Origin: Chlorokybus atmophyticus
Lineage: Eukaryota > Plantae > Mesostigma and Chlorokybus algae
Assembly: GCA_009103225.1 (NCBI GenBank)
Contig: RHPI01000193.1
Span: forward strand, 349,612-413,611
Direction: 5' to 3'
DNA length: 64,000 bases
In this document: positions 23,816-36,801 of the stretch, one piece after another
Position numbering within the stretch: the first letter of the stretch is position 1
Layout of the letters: each line of letters starts with the position of its first letter
Made by a program: the position numbers and the translations under genes
The notes under the pieces: model-generated
Seen by the model: only the letters and a program-made list of their open reading frames with translations
Databases searched by the model: none
Told to the model about the DNA's origin: nothing

Positions 23816-25818
23816 TAGGTAGTGAATTGGGCAGCCTGTCTCTAGGCTGTTTCTAGCCTGTCTCCAGGCTGTTTAATTATACAAACTATCTGCACTGCGA
23901 TGGCTGCGGCAGCCACCAAAGTGCATAGGGCACAGCTAGTACAACAACATACATCTGAGGCACGTGTTGCCCATAAACAGTATGTCCGCATCTGGAGAGT
24001 CTAATGGCTATGAGTTGAGCATTTCTAGTGCAGTGGTGGAGATCAAGCATTGAATAATGCAAGTGGATATATAATACACTTGCACATGAAGTTTGCATCT
24101 GAGTGGCGTTGTGGGCCAGCAGTGCTGAGCCCCGTAACAAACAACAAAATATAGCTTCACGTACCTTACACTATGGCAACAGAATTACTAATATGTAGCA
24201 CAATTGTCTGAACACTTAGGATTAAGATGAGTACACGATAGGCGCAACACAGCCTCAACTCTTGATGACAGTCACTACGCATTGCAAAAATTACTGAGGA
24301 TACATCTCCTGTCCTTTCCTACACATGTACAGGTGGGTATCCTTTATCCTTCAAGTCACAACACTATACCACTTGCGCTGCACCTAGCGGGGTATGGTTG
24401 CATTCATCTAATAAGCTGCATAGTCAATCGGTGTAACCAAAACTCACTGCATTCAACTCTAACCGCCGGCCATGTGTGCGTGAGTCAATCAGTATCGCGT
24501 GCCCTTCTCGTATCAGAATGTAGTTGTTGATACAATGTAAAGCATGCGGTTGTTGAGGGGTTGTGTGAATGGAGTGCGCAGTGTACAAAAGATGCAAGAG
24601 GCAATTCGTATATGCCCCTGTTGGCTACGTCTCCTGCGTGTCGTTGCGTGGCAGGTGCGATGTTCTTGACACTGCTTCGCAAATCACACGAGTGTTGCTG
24701 AGGGCCAGTACACTACTATGCTCTGCTTGCTTGCTGCCTAACACCGACTTGTCACTTGTTTGCTCCACCTCCTTCATCCAACCCCCGTTCTACCTCGCCA
24801 CCCGTCCACTACCATTGTTTGCCGTGTGCATGTATTGAAAGCTAAAGACTGGTAGCCACATGCATCGTGTTGCATGAGGATGCATGAACACATGCTTGCG
24901 CACACCACACAGCAACGACATACGGCAACGACACAGGCGACGTCATCTCTTGCTGACGTCACATTTGCATGTTTTAAGTGAGCTAGCTCAAATTGGCTCG
25001 GCGGCAGCGTCGGCAGCCCGCAATAGCAAGCAAGCGGGGAGTGGGCGGCGGCGGAGTTGTACAGGAGGGCGGGGGAGGTCTTGAAGTCTGCTGCTGTTGT
25101 CATCGCGAATGAAGAAGGCTGGTCGCTAACCATCGCCGCGGTGCAGGTGAATGATGTCTAGACACCATGCATGTTGGACTTTTGGGGCAAGGGCTTAGCG
25201 TGGTAAGTAGAGTAGATAGCCCGGTGGTGAATTGCTGGTGTAGAGTGTAAGCATGGTATGTGCCCACTGCTGCATGTTGTATTGCTGTGTTGTTGCTGTT
25301 TCACACTTTGCATGTGACCAATCCAGCATACAATCTTTTGGACAATCGCCATTATGTGGGATGCCAGCGTCGGGTTAACAGCTACTGCTAACTACTCTAC
25401 TACCCACCCCATTAGTCATGCGTTAGTCAGAGTACCTGCATGGCATGAGGTGCGTATGACAGATACAACATGCAGTGTATGTGTATGCTGTGTGTGCTTA
25501 GACTTGCTTTGCATGTACACTATTGTCTTTGCGTTTGCAAACCTATGTACCTGTGTACCTTTGCACCTAGTGCCTTGGTTGCAAGCAAGCGAATGCATAC
25601 AAGCACAATTCGAAGATCACACCAAGTGCTACAAAACTGCCCGGGTATGTTTGCAATCAAAAATCAGCACTTGCTGCAGGCAATCTAGTACACAGTTAGC
25701 GCTACCTGCAGTAGTTGTGCAACCAACTGCTTACCAACTCTCGACACAGCAGCGACCTGCCTGGAAAGTACTAGCCAAGCTGCTGCGCTGGCCGCTGCGT
25801 GCTCGTGTCCAACTGCAA

Positions 25819-28425
25819 TCACCTCACTACATACTTCAAGGACACCTCACGTATCTTTTCAAGCAACTTAGCAACCTCTTCCTGTGCAAGATAACAGATG
25901 TTGGTGTTCACTAAAAGTCAAGTATTAGCAAAGAATATGAGCATTGCAGTCATGCACTGCCTTCAGTATGCACCCCATATGCTGAACCGCGATGGATATG
26001 TGTCAGCTAAATGCCACAGCGCAGAAGTTTGCATGCTGATAAGACAGCAATGTACGCTTGCATACCTGACCAGCTGTGCGAGCGGACGCAGTATTTTGTT
26101 CAAGAAGCGTAATGAATGCAGAGTCGATCTGATTCTCCTCTGCCAACTTGAGGAGTTGAGCCTTCTTGTCCGCAGCTGTCAACACCTAAACATGCAAGTA
26201 GTTTTGCTGCATTCCTCTTCAAAAGTGTGGGTGGCAATACACAAGGCCAAGACAAGGCGATGCGTGTGCATGAATCACTTCAACATAACACCAACCTGCC
26301 GCAAGCGACTTTGCGCAGAAACCATCTTGGACGTCATTTCATCCAGTGAAGCTGCAAGACAACGCATGAGTAACACATGACAGCTGCGCAAGTCAGCATG
26401 AAGAACGGCGCATGCAAAAGTGAGCGCGCTCCTTGTGCATGCTGTGCAACAGCAGGGTGCCTCAACTGAGACATGCAGTGTTGCCCGCAAGACAGCCCAA
26501 ACACTCACCAACTCCCTCTTTGAGAATGTCTTTCAACTTTTCCATGACTTGCACTTTTTCTTGATCCTGAACAGGTAACCACCACATAAGTACATAACGC
26601 CTGTACGGACAACTCCTTGCGTCTGCTCGTGACTCAATGCATGAAGTTGACAGTGACGTTGCTGTTACCTTCACACTGTTACTGAACCGCGCTGTGCCAA
26701 TATCTCTGTCGAGCTGAGAGAAGAACGCCTCATCCATTCTGCACAGGCAGACTAAGCTGATATCAGCCCATGATGCTGCTGATGCCTCATAAATCCATGC
26801 ATTTAACACGCAAGCATGCACGCATGCGGGCGCACACACATGCACTGAGTAAGAAGCTGGCTGGCTACCTAGGCCTGTAGCGAGCGGTCTCATATTCAAA
26901 ATCCTCTTCGTTGGTTTCCAAGAAGTATTGTATCAAATCTGAAGGAGTCTCAGGGACACTCCGCGCCTATCAACACAAAGCATGTGAATGCAACATCAAT
27001 CATCATGACAAACAACCCCACTCAAGCGTGATATACCGCACTCGCAAATTGTAAAGCAGTACAGTGCACAACGGTGTGCATGCGCATTATTAAGCAGCCT
27101 AAGCATGACCAAGATCTTGAATACAAGCATGCAGCGTGTGTGGCAGTTTCGTTGTTGCTCAAGCTTCTACTAGTAAGCTCATGTTTGTCCACTGCAAACG
27201 CAAGCAAGTGCGTGTTGACTTTATGATGAAAAAAGTCAAACGGGTATATGTTACTATCTGGCTTGTTTTGCATGCATGTTAACCATGCATCAACGAGCAT
27301 GGCTGGGCTTACAGCTCTTCTTTCTCGCTTTATCCTCTCGCTCTCTTCCAACCGCCTATCCGCCTCCTTGCGTGCCTCCTCCGCAAGCTGCTTGTCTGCC
27401 GACATCTGCCGCCGCGCTAAGTGGTTGCCACTGGGCGCCGCCAAAATGCCTTCAGGATCCTACATGCGCAAGAATGCAACTGGCGTAAGAGCGTGCCTGT
27501 TGCTAGCCAAACCTACGCATGCGGTAAGCATGGAGATCTGCCAAGCACTGTGCCCGCATGACCCATTCTCTATGCACACGTGTGTGCTGTCTTCACAGAC
27601 GAAATATACCACAGCATACCATTCACAGACAAAAACAGACCTGAACCGTCATGATTGCAACTGATGTGCTATGGTACACAGGATTTGATTAAATGTGGTC
27701 AACATGTCCAGTGTGTTTTCACTGCCAACAACACAATGTTTTGTTGGGTAAGGACCCGTCAGTAATCATGGAGTGCACCGGTACATAATTCTTACAGCAT
27801 TAGCGTCGTCGCATGTGTTGTGCAATTATGCACAACGTGAAGTACATGCAACGTTCTGCTCTTGCTGTGTCATACAAACAACACACGCTGCAGACGAAAC
27901 TCGAAAGGTTTGAGCTGCTGCCAGCAAGAATACGCATACCCGTGCAGAACATGCTGCCGTTGCCTGTCCAGCTTGCAGGACTGCTTGCATAGTGCAGCTG
28001 ATCTAACATGAACTGCACTGCACTGCACTGCACTGCACTGCACTGCACTGCACTGCACTGCACTGCACTGCACTGCACTGCACTGCACTGCACTGCACTG
28101 CACCGAACTGCATTGCACAGCACTGGACTGCACTGGACTGAAAACGTTGTTGAGATACACAAACAAATCCCTGCGAGTGACAGGCTTAAATAACAGTTCC
28201 AAGTAAGCCGGCGCTCACCCATCCAATGTTTCTGACAATCAGCGCTCCTCTGTCGCATCCGCCGCCTCCGCGGCCTGGAGGAGCCCACCTCCCAGCCCCA
28301 TTCCGCTGCTTTGCACCCTCCTGCAGCCGGCGCCCGGCAAAGGAAGAGCTCGGAACTGACGCCGACACAAAAACGGACAGCCTGGACGACGCCACGCTCC
28401 CCGCAAACGATCCCGCCGCCGCCAT
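25819..28425 (-). CDS. Conserved uncharacterised plastid-targeted protein of green plants ('GWDPEG' family), about 8 exons
   Basis: Transit-peptide-like MAAAGSFAGSVASSRLSVF.., then IGW|DPEGILAAPSGNHLARR, ARSVPETPSDLIQYFLETNEEDFEYETARYRPR, MDEAFFSQL..DIGTARF, MEKLKDILKEGV, VLTAADKKAQLLKLAEENQIDSAFITLLEQN and EEVAKLLEKIREVSLKYVVR*. This parallels a land-plant protein recalled as WDPEGILG..TGHIARLEF..VPDT..ELIEYFLDTE..EIARLR.RL..EFF. Confidence 0.85.
28013..28140. repeat. Pentanucleotide microsatellite (CTGCA)n, about 25 units, degenerate at the right end, intronic
   Basis: Direct inspection. Confidence 0.97.
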
Positions 28426-28961
28426 TGCCGCCGCCACAGTTTGTCTCAGTGCACATTGTAGGGTTTGGTGATGGACTGTAGTCGTGTTACAACCACTACA
28501 GTCCATTGAGCACCAATGCCTGAGGTTCAATGCGCTACACGGTGGAGCTTAACCGCTTATTGACCGTGTAAGGACCGTATACTCGGGCAATTGTTATCAA
28601 ATTTAACCGTCAAGGCGGCACTTGACTTGACCGTGAACGCGTGAAGCGGCCCGTGACAACCAGCGCGGTTGCCTAACTGTGGTCTAGTCGCGGTCAACGT
28701 GTGTCTAAGATGGTTAAGTTGACCTATTCAGGGCGAACTTTTGGGTTTTTTTCTAGACTGAGCTTATTTGGCTAGACTCAACTGCTGGCTTCTTTATGGA
28801 AGAGGCTGCTAACCGCTGTAGGGACAGCTGCCAGCTGGCGTGAACTGTCCAGGCGGCGGAGGCGGCGGCGGAGGCGTGATCGGGCTAGGCGTGGGGAGGC
28901 AGCTTATTGTGTAGCTTATACAGCTTGTGTTTGAGGTTGTGGTTTAGAGCGACTGACCTCC
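28426..28961. promoter_or_regulatory. Bidirectional promoter region between the plastid-protein gene and the ArfGAP
   Basis: Divergent ATGs at 28425 (-) and 28962 (+); contains a 12-bp stem hairpin (28471-28506) and a gaccg/cggt motif cluster (28536-28710). Confidence 0.55.
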
Positions 28962-31900
28962 ATGGCGGGGGATCCCATGGACAGGGACTCCGTGTTCAGG
29001 AAGCTGCGAGGCAAATCGGAGAACAAGGTGAGTTTGACAGCTGGCCTGATCGATGAAAGCAGCCATCGTAGTGTTTCTTAATCACGCCATCGTCTGGTTG
29101 ACATATACTCGTGTCATCGATTGCCATACATGTACACATTGGATGGATTTGTGAGGTGGCCAAACGCCGCAACTGTAAGCAGTTGTGCTGCCTGTGTGCA
29201 CAGTGCTGGTGGCAATGCTGATTACTGTTGCACGCGAATGCCAGTACAACAGCTCAGTCAAGTCTATGCAGTGTGACTTCCGCTTTGAACTGGTTAGCAT
29301 GGTTGGATCCGCTGTTGCATTCTTGTGCTCTGCTTGTGCTCTGCTGAACAGCTTTTAGTGGAAGGATTTTGCCAAGATTGTGGCTGCCGCGTTTGGACCG
29401 ACTCAATCGTTAGTCTTTAACAATGGTCTTCTCACTTGTTGCCTGTTGCACTCATGCAGCACACTCTGCTGTTATCATGTGGCAAGTAAGGTTTACTCCC
29501 CCAACGAAGGTGAGGGGGATGGAGTTGATAGCAGTGAAATGACATGCGGTGCAATCACTTCTTTGTTAACTTGTGCAGTCAGCATGCCATATCAAAATCT
29601 TGCCCACTGCTAAGCCATATTGTTGCCGTCGGCAAAACTGAAGTCTCATTTCACAGCTGTTGTCTTTGATCTTCCTATTTGGATCATCTTTGTCAGACCT
29701 GTTGATACCTACCTAAGTTTTTATAAACAAGTACTTTAGCACAGGTTGCAAGCATTAGCCAGCCATGCCAACCATTAGCCGTAGCTTGTTTGTACACTCA
29801 TCCAACCAGCGTTGCTGTCCCTTCTGTAGCATGTGACTGGCAGTTACACTGTAGTTCGTTGTAAGCAGCCAAGCCTGCGAGTTTGTCGGTGCAAGCTCTG
29901 ACTTGTAGTTGGTCTCAATGACAGGTTTGTTTTGACTGCAATGCCAAGAATCCAACTTGGGCCAGTGTCACATATGGCGTGTTTGTGTGCCTCGACTGCT
30001 CGGCTCTGCATCGCTCCATGGGCACCCACATAAGCTTTATTAGGTTGGTGCACAAAACTTTGCTGAATGCTTGTACCAATTACCGCATAGCGGTTAAGCT
30101 GTAAGCTGTGACCCACATTTTGGAACAGGTCAACTACATTGGATGGTTGGCAACCAGAGCAGCTGCGCATGATGTTGGTGGGCGGCAACGGGCGAGCGCA
30201 TGCCTTCTTTAAGCAGCACGGGTGGAGGTGACAATCCTCTCATCCTTGTTGATTTTTCTGTTTTCCCAAAGCAAGCCATCATGATAGCGCGATGATCGCA
30301 GTATATAAGACATTGCGTGCATTGATGCTCTCGCCGTGTTGCTGATATGTTTGTTGACGCACTCACAGCAGCGAAGGTGGGAAGGTTGAGGCAAAGTACA
30401 CCTCAAGAGCAGCGGAGGTATATCGGCAGCAACTGGCAAGGGATGCGGCCAAGTTGGCAATGGAGCAGATGTCGCTGAGCAGCAATGATACTGCTGCTGA
30501 GGCCCAGCCATCAACAACAACAGCAGCAACTCTAGAGCCTGCGGTTGCATCTGTGCCTGCTCCCGCGCCAGCCACCAATGGTGCAGCCAAAGCCGCATCT
30601 GACTCCGCTCCTGATTCGAGCTCAGACAGTGCCAAACTTTCCACTGCTGCGGCTTCAGTGGCTCGCAAGCCTGTTCTTGGCGCTGTGCGCAAGCCTGCGA
30701 CAGGCAAATTGGGTGGGCTGGGCGTCAAGAAGCTCGCAGCAAAGGTATCGCGCAGATGCGCAGATCAAATGGTAGTAGTTGCGCTTGAGCAAAGAGTGCA
30801 GCTGTCCTGTTTGCATCATGCTTGACTAGCGCGTTCTGTGTGACATCATGTTGCATGAGCACCTGCACATCCGTGTTTGGGGATGCACGTATACGCACAA
30901 GGGTTAACGTGTGGTTGTGTCATAAGCGTATGTGCTTGCATGCATACGTTGTGGCCATTGCTGCTATGGTTGTTGTGTGTTGCTTTTTTATCTTTTTGCT
31001 GACTTTTGATAGGACCACACTATTATGCATACCAATGTTTCTGGTCTTGTCAGGTGGACGATAGCTTTTTTGAGCAAAAGCCCGCTGAGGTTGTCGTGCC
31101 CTCTGCTCTTGCTGCTGCCAGCACAGCCGATGGCGGTTTGTCAACGGCCGCGTCAGCGCCGATGGGCTCTCGGTTCAGCTACGACGCGCTGGGAGCGGCG
31201 CCCGGCCCAAAGGCCGAGAAGACCGCCAGTGGTCACGTAGCTGCCCCCAGCGATGACGAGTTCTTCTCGTCATTTGGAAGCCGCAGCTCCAGCTCCAATG
31301 CACCCAAACCCGCAGCCAAGGTGAGGGCCTATGCTGAGGCTTGTGACATGTCCACTGCCGGGGCTTTGTGCATATCTCACAACGAATTCGTGCATGGATC
31401 GACATGTGCATGTGCATTGCCACCCTGTATGACAATTGCTGCATTCACATGCACTCTGCCTGATGTGGTAACATGCGGCCGTTGCGTGTTTACAGGCTGT
31501 TTCTGATATTGAGAAGAAGTTTGCCGGCGCCAAGTCCATAAGCAGCCAGCAGGTGTTTGCGCAGGAGAATGCCAATGACAACAGCCATGAAAAGAACATG
31601 CGATTGGCGCGCTTTACGGTCAGACCACACACTTGAATCTCGTATATCAATGCCATTGCGCTACATGGATGAATGCCCTGACTTGGCCTATCGCAGAGCT
31701 CGTCATCAATATCCAGTGCGGACTACTTTGGAGAGGACGGCGGTGGGCCGCAAAGGTCCAACAGCGGATTTGACTTGGATCTGGTACAAAACTGCAAATG
31801 CAGACGCTGTGTGACTCCCATTCAGAATCCATGCTCATACGATGTATTTTCATTCACACCTTAGCTGCCTTCCTGTTTGTGTGCAAACAGAACGTTTTCA

Positions 31901-32068
31901 TCGTTTCCCACGCTGCGCCGGCAGCCTCGCTCAACAGCTTTTCTTTGCGTATCAAAGCAGGGCATGCAGGACATTCAAGCGCTGAAGCAGGTGGCCGGCG
32001 CTGCGGGGCGCAAGTTCCAGGCTATGGCGACCAACTTTTTGCAAGACTTGCAAGAGCGCTACCGCTGA
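28962..32068 (+). CDS. ADP-ribosylation factor GTPase-activating protein, ArfGAP2/3-Glo3 type (AGD8/9/10-like), about 8 exons
   Basis: [11 protein letters not shown]|[40 protein letters not shown]|[55 protein letters not shown] (Glo3 motif), [11 protein letters not shown] and a C-terminal amphipathic helix ending ERYR*. Confidence 0.93.
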
Positions 32069-32514
32069 CAGGCGAACCAGCAACAAGCGAGATCAATTAT
32101 AGAAGGATGCTTGCAGGGACAACTGGTAGATCATCCGGAGGGCTGTTGTTGTGTGGCAATGCTGCGCAGCGTGCAGTCTTGGGAAAAGGACAGAGGGTGG
32201 GAGAGTGACGATGGTTGTGCTCATTGTGTCTCTTGCGTGGGTCCGCTAAGGGTTGCCCGCCTCCCTCTGGGTTAGTATGTAGAGCGTATACTCTACAGAT
32301 GTGTAAGTAGCATTTCCTAGCGGGGACGCATGTCATGCGGTTTGTTAGTTGAGGATGTGAATATCATTCCCTGGCTGCTATATTGTCATGCTGTGTTGCC
32401 GTGCACTGGAGTGCATTGTGCACACATAATGTAGCGAGCACCTGTGATGGCATGCGTGTGTGCTCTGGGCATACGCATATAATGCGCGCATCTCATACAC
32501 GTTGCTGCATATGT

Positions 32515-32910
32515 TAGGAGCCCGGTCCAGCCCTTGCACCTGTTCTGCTTGGTTGCTGGTTGATGGTCATCTTCATGTATGGTTGCCACCTACTTCTCTG
32601 TTGCAAATGCTCTCCTCTATGTATATTCGTTTGCATACACGGCAAACAATGTCTGCAATCAATGTCTATGCCCAGCCGAGGACCTGATTGCTCATCCAAT
32701 CAGTGTGGTGGCGGCGCTTGCTTGTGCATGTGGGTACGCGAGTGCAGATGTGCGGGTGTCCAGAAATCTCCAGGGCGTTAGTGTGTTAGTATGATCGCTG
32801 CCAGATGGTAATGTCTATGGAAGCTTTCATCCCAAGTAATAATCGCACCGAGTGATGTGGCCGCATCCATGTCCGGATGGCACATGGCATGCGCACTATG
32901 ATGCCTGTAA
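32515..32910 (+). repeat. Dispersed repeat, copy 2 (homologous to 17040-17480)
   Basis: See copy 1; lies between the convergent 3' ends of the ArfGAP gene and the NRAMP relic. Confidence 0.75.
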
Positions 32911-32949
32911 CAAAACCATTATCAACCTTTGGCTAGCCCTACTCGCACT

Positions 32950-35377
32950 TCAACGAGGGACTACCTCCACCCTCAATACGTGCAATTGTAACCTCCTATT
33001 CACGACCACTTTCTCATCTACAGTACTTTCACTCTCATCATCTGCATCTCTCGTATCCGCTGACTGTGATGCAGCTATTATGGCTGCATCTTCAGGAGGC
33101 ATTGCGCATGGCCAAACAACAGCGACTTCTACGCCATTGCCTGCTGTAGTACGATCCTCTCCCTCGCCCTGAGCAACATCCTCTAGTGCGGTATCCAACC
33201 CTGGGAAGGTCGCCTTGCGATCCTTCATTATCGCCAAATATAACAGTGATGCTATGTAGCATGCCACTAACATGGCCTCTGCACGCCAACAAACAGAGTT
33301 GGTGAGTTAAACCAACAGCTATGCTGTGAGGTTTCACACCTGGCATAGTGTTTAGGTCCCATGATGGGGCCTATACCTACATTGCACAAGCATAGCGACC
33401 TAACTTGTAGCAAAACCTTTCTCACCTATGACAGTGATGAACTCCTTTGCAACTCTGGACATGCTGTGCGAGTGGCGAACGTCCACAAGGAAGCTTCTAA
33501 GCAGCATTGAGTTGGCGCAAAAAGTAGCAGCTGCAACCATAAGGTCAGAAGTTTAACAAACTACCAGGTGCTCAACAGAGTGTGCTACATGTCGCATCAG
33601 CAACAGACAACATGCAGATGCGCTCACCTGTAAGGCAAAAAGCAAAGATGGTGAGGGCTTTCTTCTTCTTGAGCGGACCCATGTTGGCTTCGCTACTGAC
33701 AACCTTCACCAGCGGAAGCAGAGCAAAAGGCAGCTGGAAGGAAAGAATAACCTGCGCACACACACATGTCAGCCACAACAACCAGGAATGAGCCATGAGT
33801 AACTGTGATGCAACCTCGTATTGAAGTCTGCACTCACTGATGCAATGATGATGGGGTTGCCAGCACCGTTACTGCCAGCTGCGAACGCAACCGCCAATGA
33901 CGGCATGATCGCCACGCAGCGCGTGAACAAGTTGCGAATCCATGGCAACTATTGGATGTTTAGAAAACCCTGCATACATATAGTAGTCGTAAGTAAGTGC
34001 TTGTTGCAAACAACACAACACACTTCTTTGAGCGTGCAGTGTGTAGGCCACCGGCTGGTTGTGAAGCCTTGAGCTGCGTGAACAATAAATGTACATGTTG
34101 GACATACTCAGACACGCTTACTGACATCACGTGCTGGCCTGCGCACGTCCCAGTCACAGATGAAGACTGCCCTGAAGCCAGCAGCGCGACGCTGTACAGC
34201 TTTTGGCTCGCAGCTCCGAGTGTCGCCTGCAAGAGTGTGTTGTTGTGGTCACCAACTTGTGGATGCCAAAGCAGGAGCTAAGGCAGTAGTCATGTGAGTT
34301 GGAGAACAGGTTCAGCACTTACGCCGAGGAGGAAGAAGGCGTTGTTCAGAGACAAGTCTGCGCAGCGCTCGCAGTCTTCAGCGGCCAAGTCTGCGGAAAG
34401 CCTGTAAAGAGAGGCATTCTCAGGCTCAGAGGTGTTCATCATAGCCCGCAAGCACAAAGGCTATGTCGCTTGTGCATAAGCTGATTGTACTAGAAAAGGT
34501 GCGCTGCCTACTGTGGGCAGCACAGAGTCAACTGACATGCAGGAAAAGCCGCCTACCTGGGCGGGTGCAAACAGTGGCAGCCACAACTGTAACCGACATG
34601 TTGATGACGCACGCAAGGCACAGCGCTGCCATCCTCTTAAGCCTGAAGTACCTTTCTGCAGCCTGGTCAAAGTGGACGCATGTGCTTTTCGTAGCCGAGA
34701 CACATGCACGCACACATGTGCACGCACACATACACAGGTGTGTGCACAGGCTCACACACCACTGCACACATGATTGCTTAAGCGCGACTGTGCTTGCAGC
34801 ATGCATTGCATGCACACAATAGAGCGCGCGCACCTACATGCCACACGCAAACAAGCACACGCACACCTTCAACTCATCCAATTTGCGCCCAGCGCGTCTG
34901 CTAAGCACGAGTGCAGAGTGCAAGTACAGGTTGTGAGGCATGGCGACGGCGCCAACAAGGGAAACGGCGACGAGGATGGCCTCGCTGCCGGGAAGGCGAG
35001 GGCGCACTAAGCCCATAGCAGCCTCTCCCCATTACGGGTTGACGAACCTGGCATAAGAGACTGTTGGTTGTGTTACCATGGAAGCGTCACAAGGCAACAC
35101 ATAGAGAATGAGCGATGACAATCCAAGTGTACCCAAGCTCAATGACAAAGTAAGAGGCCATAAATAAAACAAAGGATCCAATGATGAACCCCAACTTGCG
35201 TATCTGCATAGCAGAATGGACTATGAAGTTGGGTTGGTCTACCACCATCACAACAGCAGCAACAAACCCTAAAATGTTGGATGCAGAGGATGGAAAGCGT
35301 GTCGAACCCGGTGATAATCACACCCGCCCACACGGTCATGCCGAAGAGCAGGTGCAGAGTAAAGGCTGTGCCGTCGA
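32950..35377 (-). pseudogene. NRAMP metal-transporter pseudogene (plant NRAMP1/6-like), 5'-truncated, introns retained
   Basis: Exons encode [72 protein letters not shown]|[34 protein letters not shown] and a C-terminal YLAIMKDRK. In-frame stops TAA (35034-35032) and TAG (33951-33949); substitutions at conserved sites; no DPGN-containing N-terminal exons found. Confidence 0.85.
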
Positions 35378-36111
35378 CTGGGTACTACAAAAAGGCAACA
35401 TGCAATTAGCATGACCATGCAACAAGATTATGTGAGGGAAAGCAACTTCATTGTCATTTGTATAATATTGGATACAACAAAACACAATTGGTATCATACC
35501 AATGATTGACCATGTTGTGAGACAACGAAGTGTCACCTGCTTGATGCGCTCAGCGGAGGCTCCAGCTCGCCGTCAACCCATGGCCAAATGAGACGCAATA
35601 AAGCCTCCAGTGGCGCAAATCAAAGCATACAATCATAACACGCGCATGCGAGCACACACACACACACACGTACGCTTTTGCGCGCACACACACGCGCACA
35701 CACGCTCACCTTTGCCGCCCTCAAGGTCACTTTTATTTAACCCAGCACTTGATAGAAGCATCTCCGTTGGCAGTTTCTCTACATATAATTGCATCATTTT
35801 TCTCGCCACCCATTTACCACGGCGTGCAATAGCTGCAGTGTTCACTCCTTTGGCATCGGCCGCTTGTGAACCGCTCACACGATCAGCATAACACTTCCTT
35901 CGCATGCAGAGACCCGCTGCTTTCAAGCCTTCTTAATATGCCCATATTGTGTGCTGTAAATTGGGCGGACCAGACGCTGCTTGACTGCTCCGCGCAATGC
36001 GTGCGACAGAAAACGATTGTACTACTCTTGTCGGGTGTTGAAGCATGGAGGATTATCATCGCATAGGTGGAATAGTCCAACAATGTCAGAGCCGTCCCCA
36101 CGACAGCACAA

Positions 36112-36452
36112 ACTTGAACGTTCTCGTGCCGCGATGCGCCAATGTTGGTCTTGTGCCCGTTGTGGTTGGTCTTTTCGCCATTGCTGTGAATCATTATGAC
36201 GGGCGCTCCGCCGTTGCTGGCAAGACCAATCTCTTTAACGCAATCCAGCAATCCGCAAAACCTGAAAAACCTGAACTGAACAAAACCTGAACTGAACAAA
36301 ACTTGAATGTTCTTGTGCCGCGATGCGCCAATGTTGGTCTCATGCCCGTTGTGGTTGGTCTTTCCGCCATTGCTGTGAATTATCATGACGGGCGCTCCGC
36401 CGTTGCTGGCAGGACCAATCTCTTAAATGCAATCCAGCAGTCCGCAAAACCT
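36112..36452. repeat. Tandem duplication of about 150 bp (36112-36262, 36302-36452) inside the Crypton coding region
   Basis: Near-identical cttgaa.gttct.gtgccgcgatgcgccaatgttggtc...gcaatccagca.tccgcaaaacctg units, separated by a repeated acctgaactgaacaaa spacer. Confidence 0.93.
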
Positions 36453-36461
36453 GTACACATG

Positions 36462-36801
36462 CACACGGATTTTTTTCCACGGACCTGCCCTGGTCCGCAC
36501 GTACGGACCAGGGCCAAACGCCAGGGCGGCTTGGGCCCGGACCAGGGTCGCCCGCCTTGGTCTGCGCGCGCGCGGGGACCAAGCCTGGTCCAAATGCGGG
36601 TTTGTCAAGCTTGGTCCCCGGACCCGGACCAGGGCTGGTCACGGTCATAGGCCGATTCTCATCGGATCAATGATGGTTCTTTATAGTAAATTAAGGGACC
36701 AGTACTGGTCGGATTCCGGTTTTTCAAGTCGGATTGCCTGTGAGTGGAGCCATGGTCCGTACCCACGGACCATGGCTGATGCGCGTCGGTAAACCAGTGT
36801 G
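36462..36801. repeat. Palindrome-rich GGACC/GGTCC motif array, probably a non-autonomous element inserted in the Crypton
   Basis: Many ggacca(g)/tggtcc motifs in both orientations; ends cacacgg...ccagtgtg form a weak TIR; no clear TSD. Confidence 0.45.

Noticed and set aside
24560-25150. LTR integrase zinc-finger-like reading (YWP..C..C)
   Set aside because: Spacing does not fit HHCC and there are no adjacent rve, RT or LTR features.
27800-28202. ORFs with QCSAV/TALHC repeats
   Set aside because: Translation of the intronic (CTGCA)n microsatellite.
36112-36452. CRISPR-like repeat-spacer arrays (also 50993-51392, 60425-60680)
   Set aside because: Units are 125-150 bp with only 2-3 copies, lack unique spacers and cas genes, and the context is eukaryotic.
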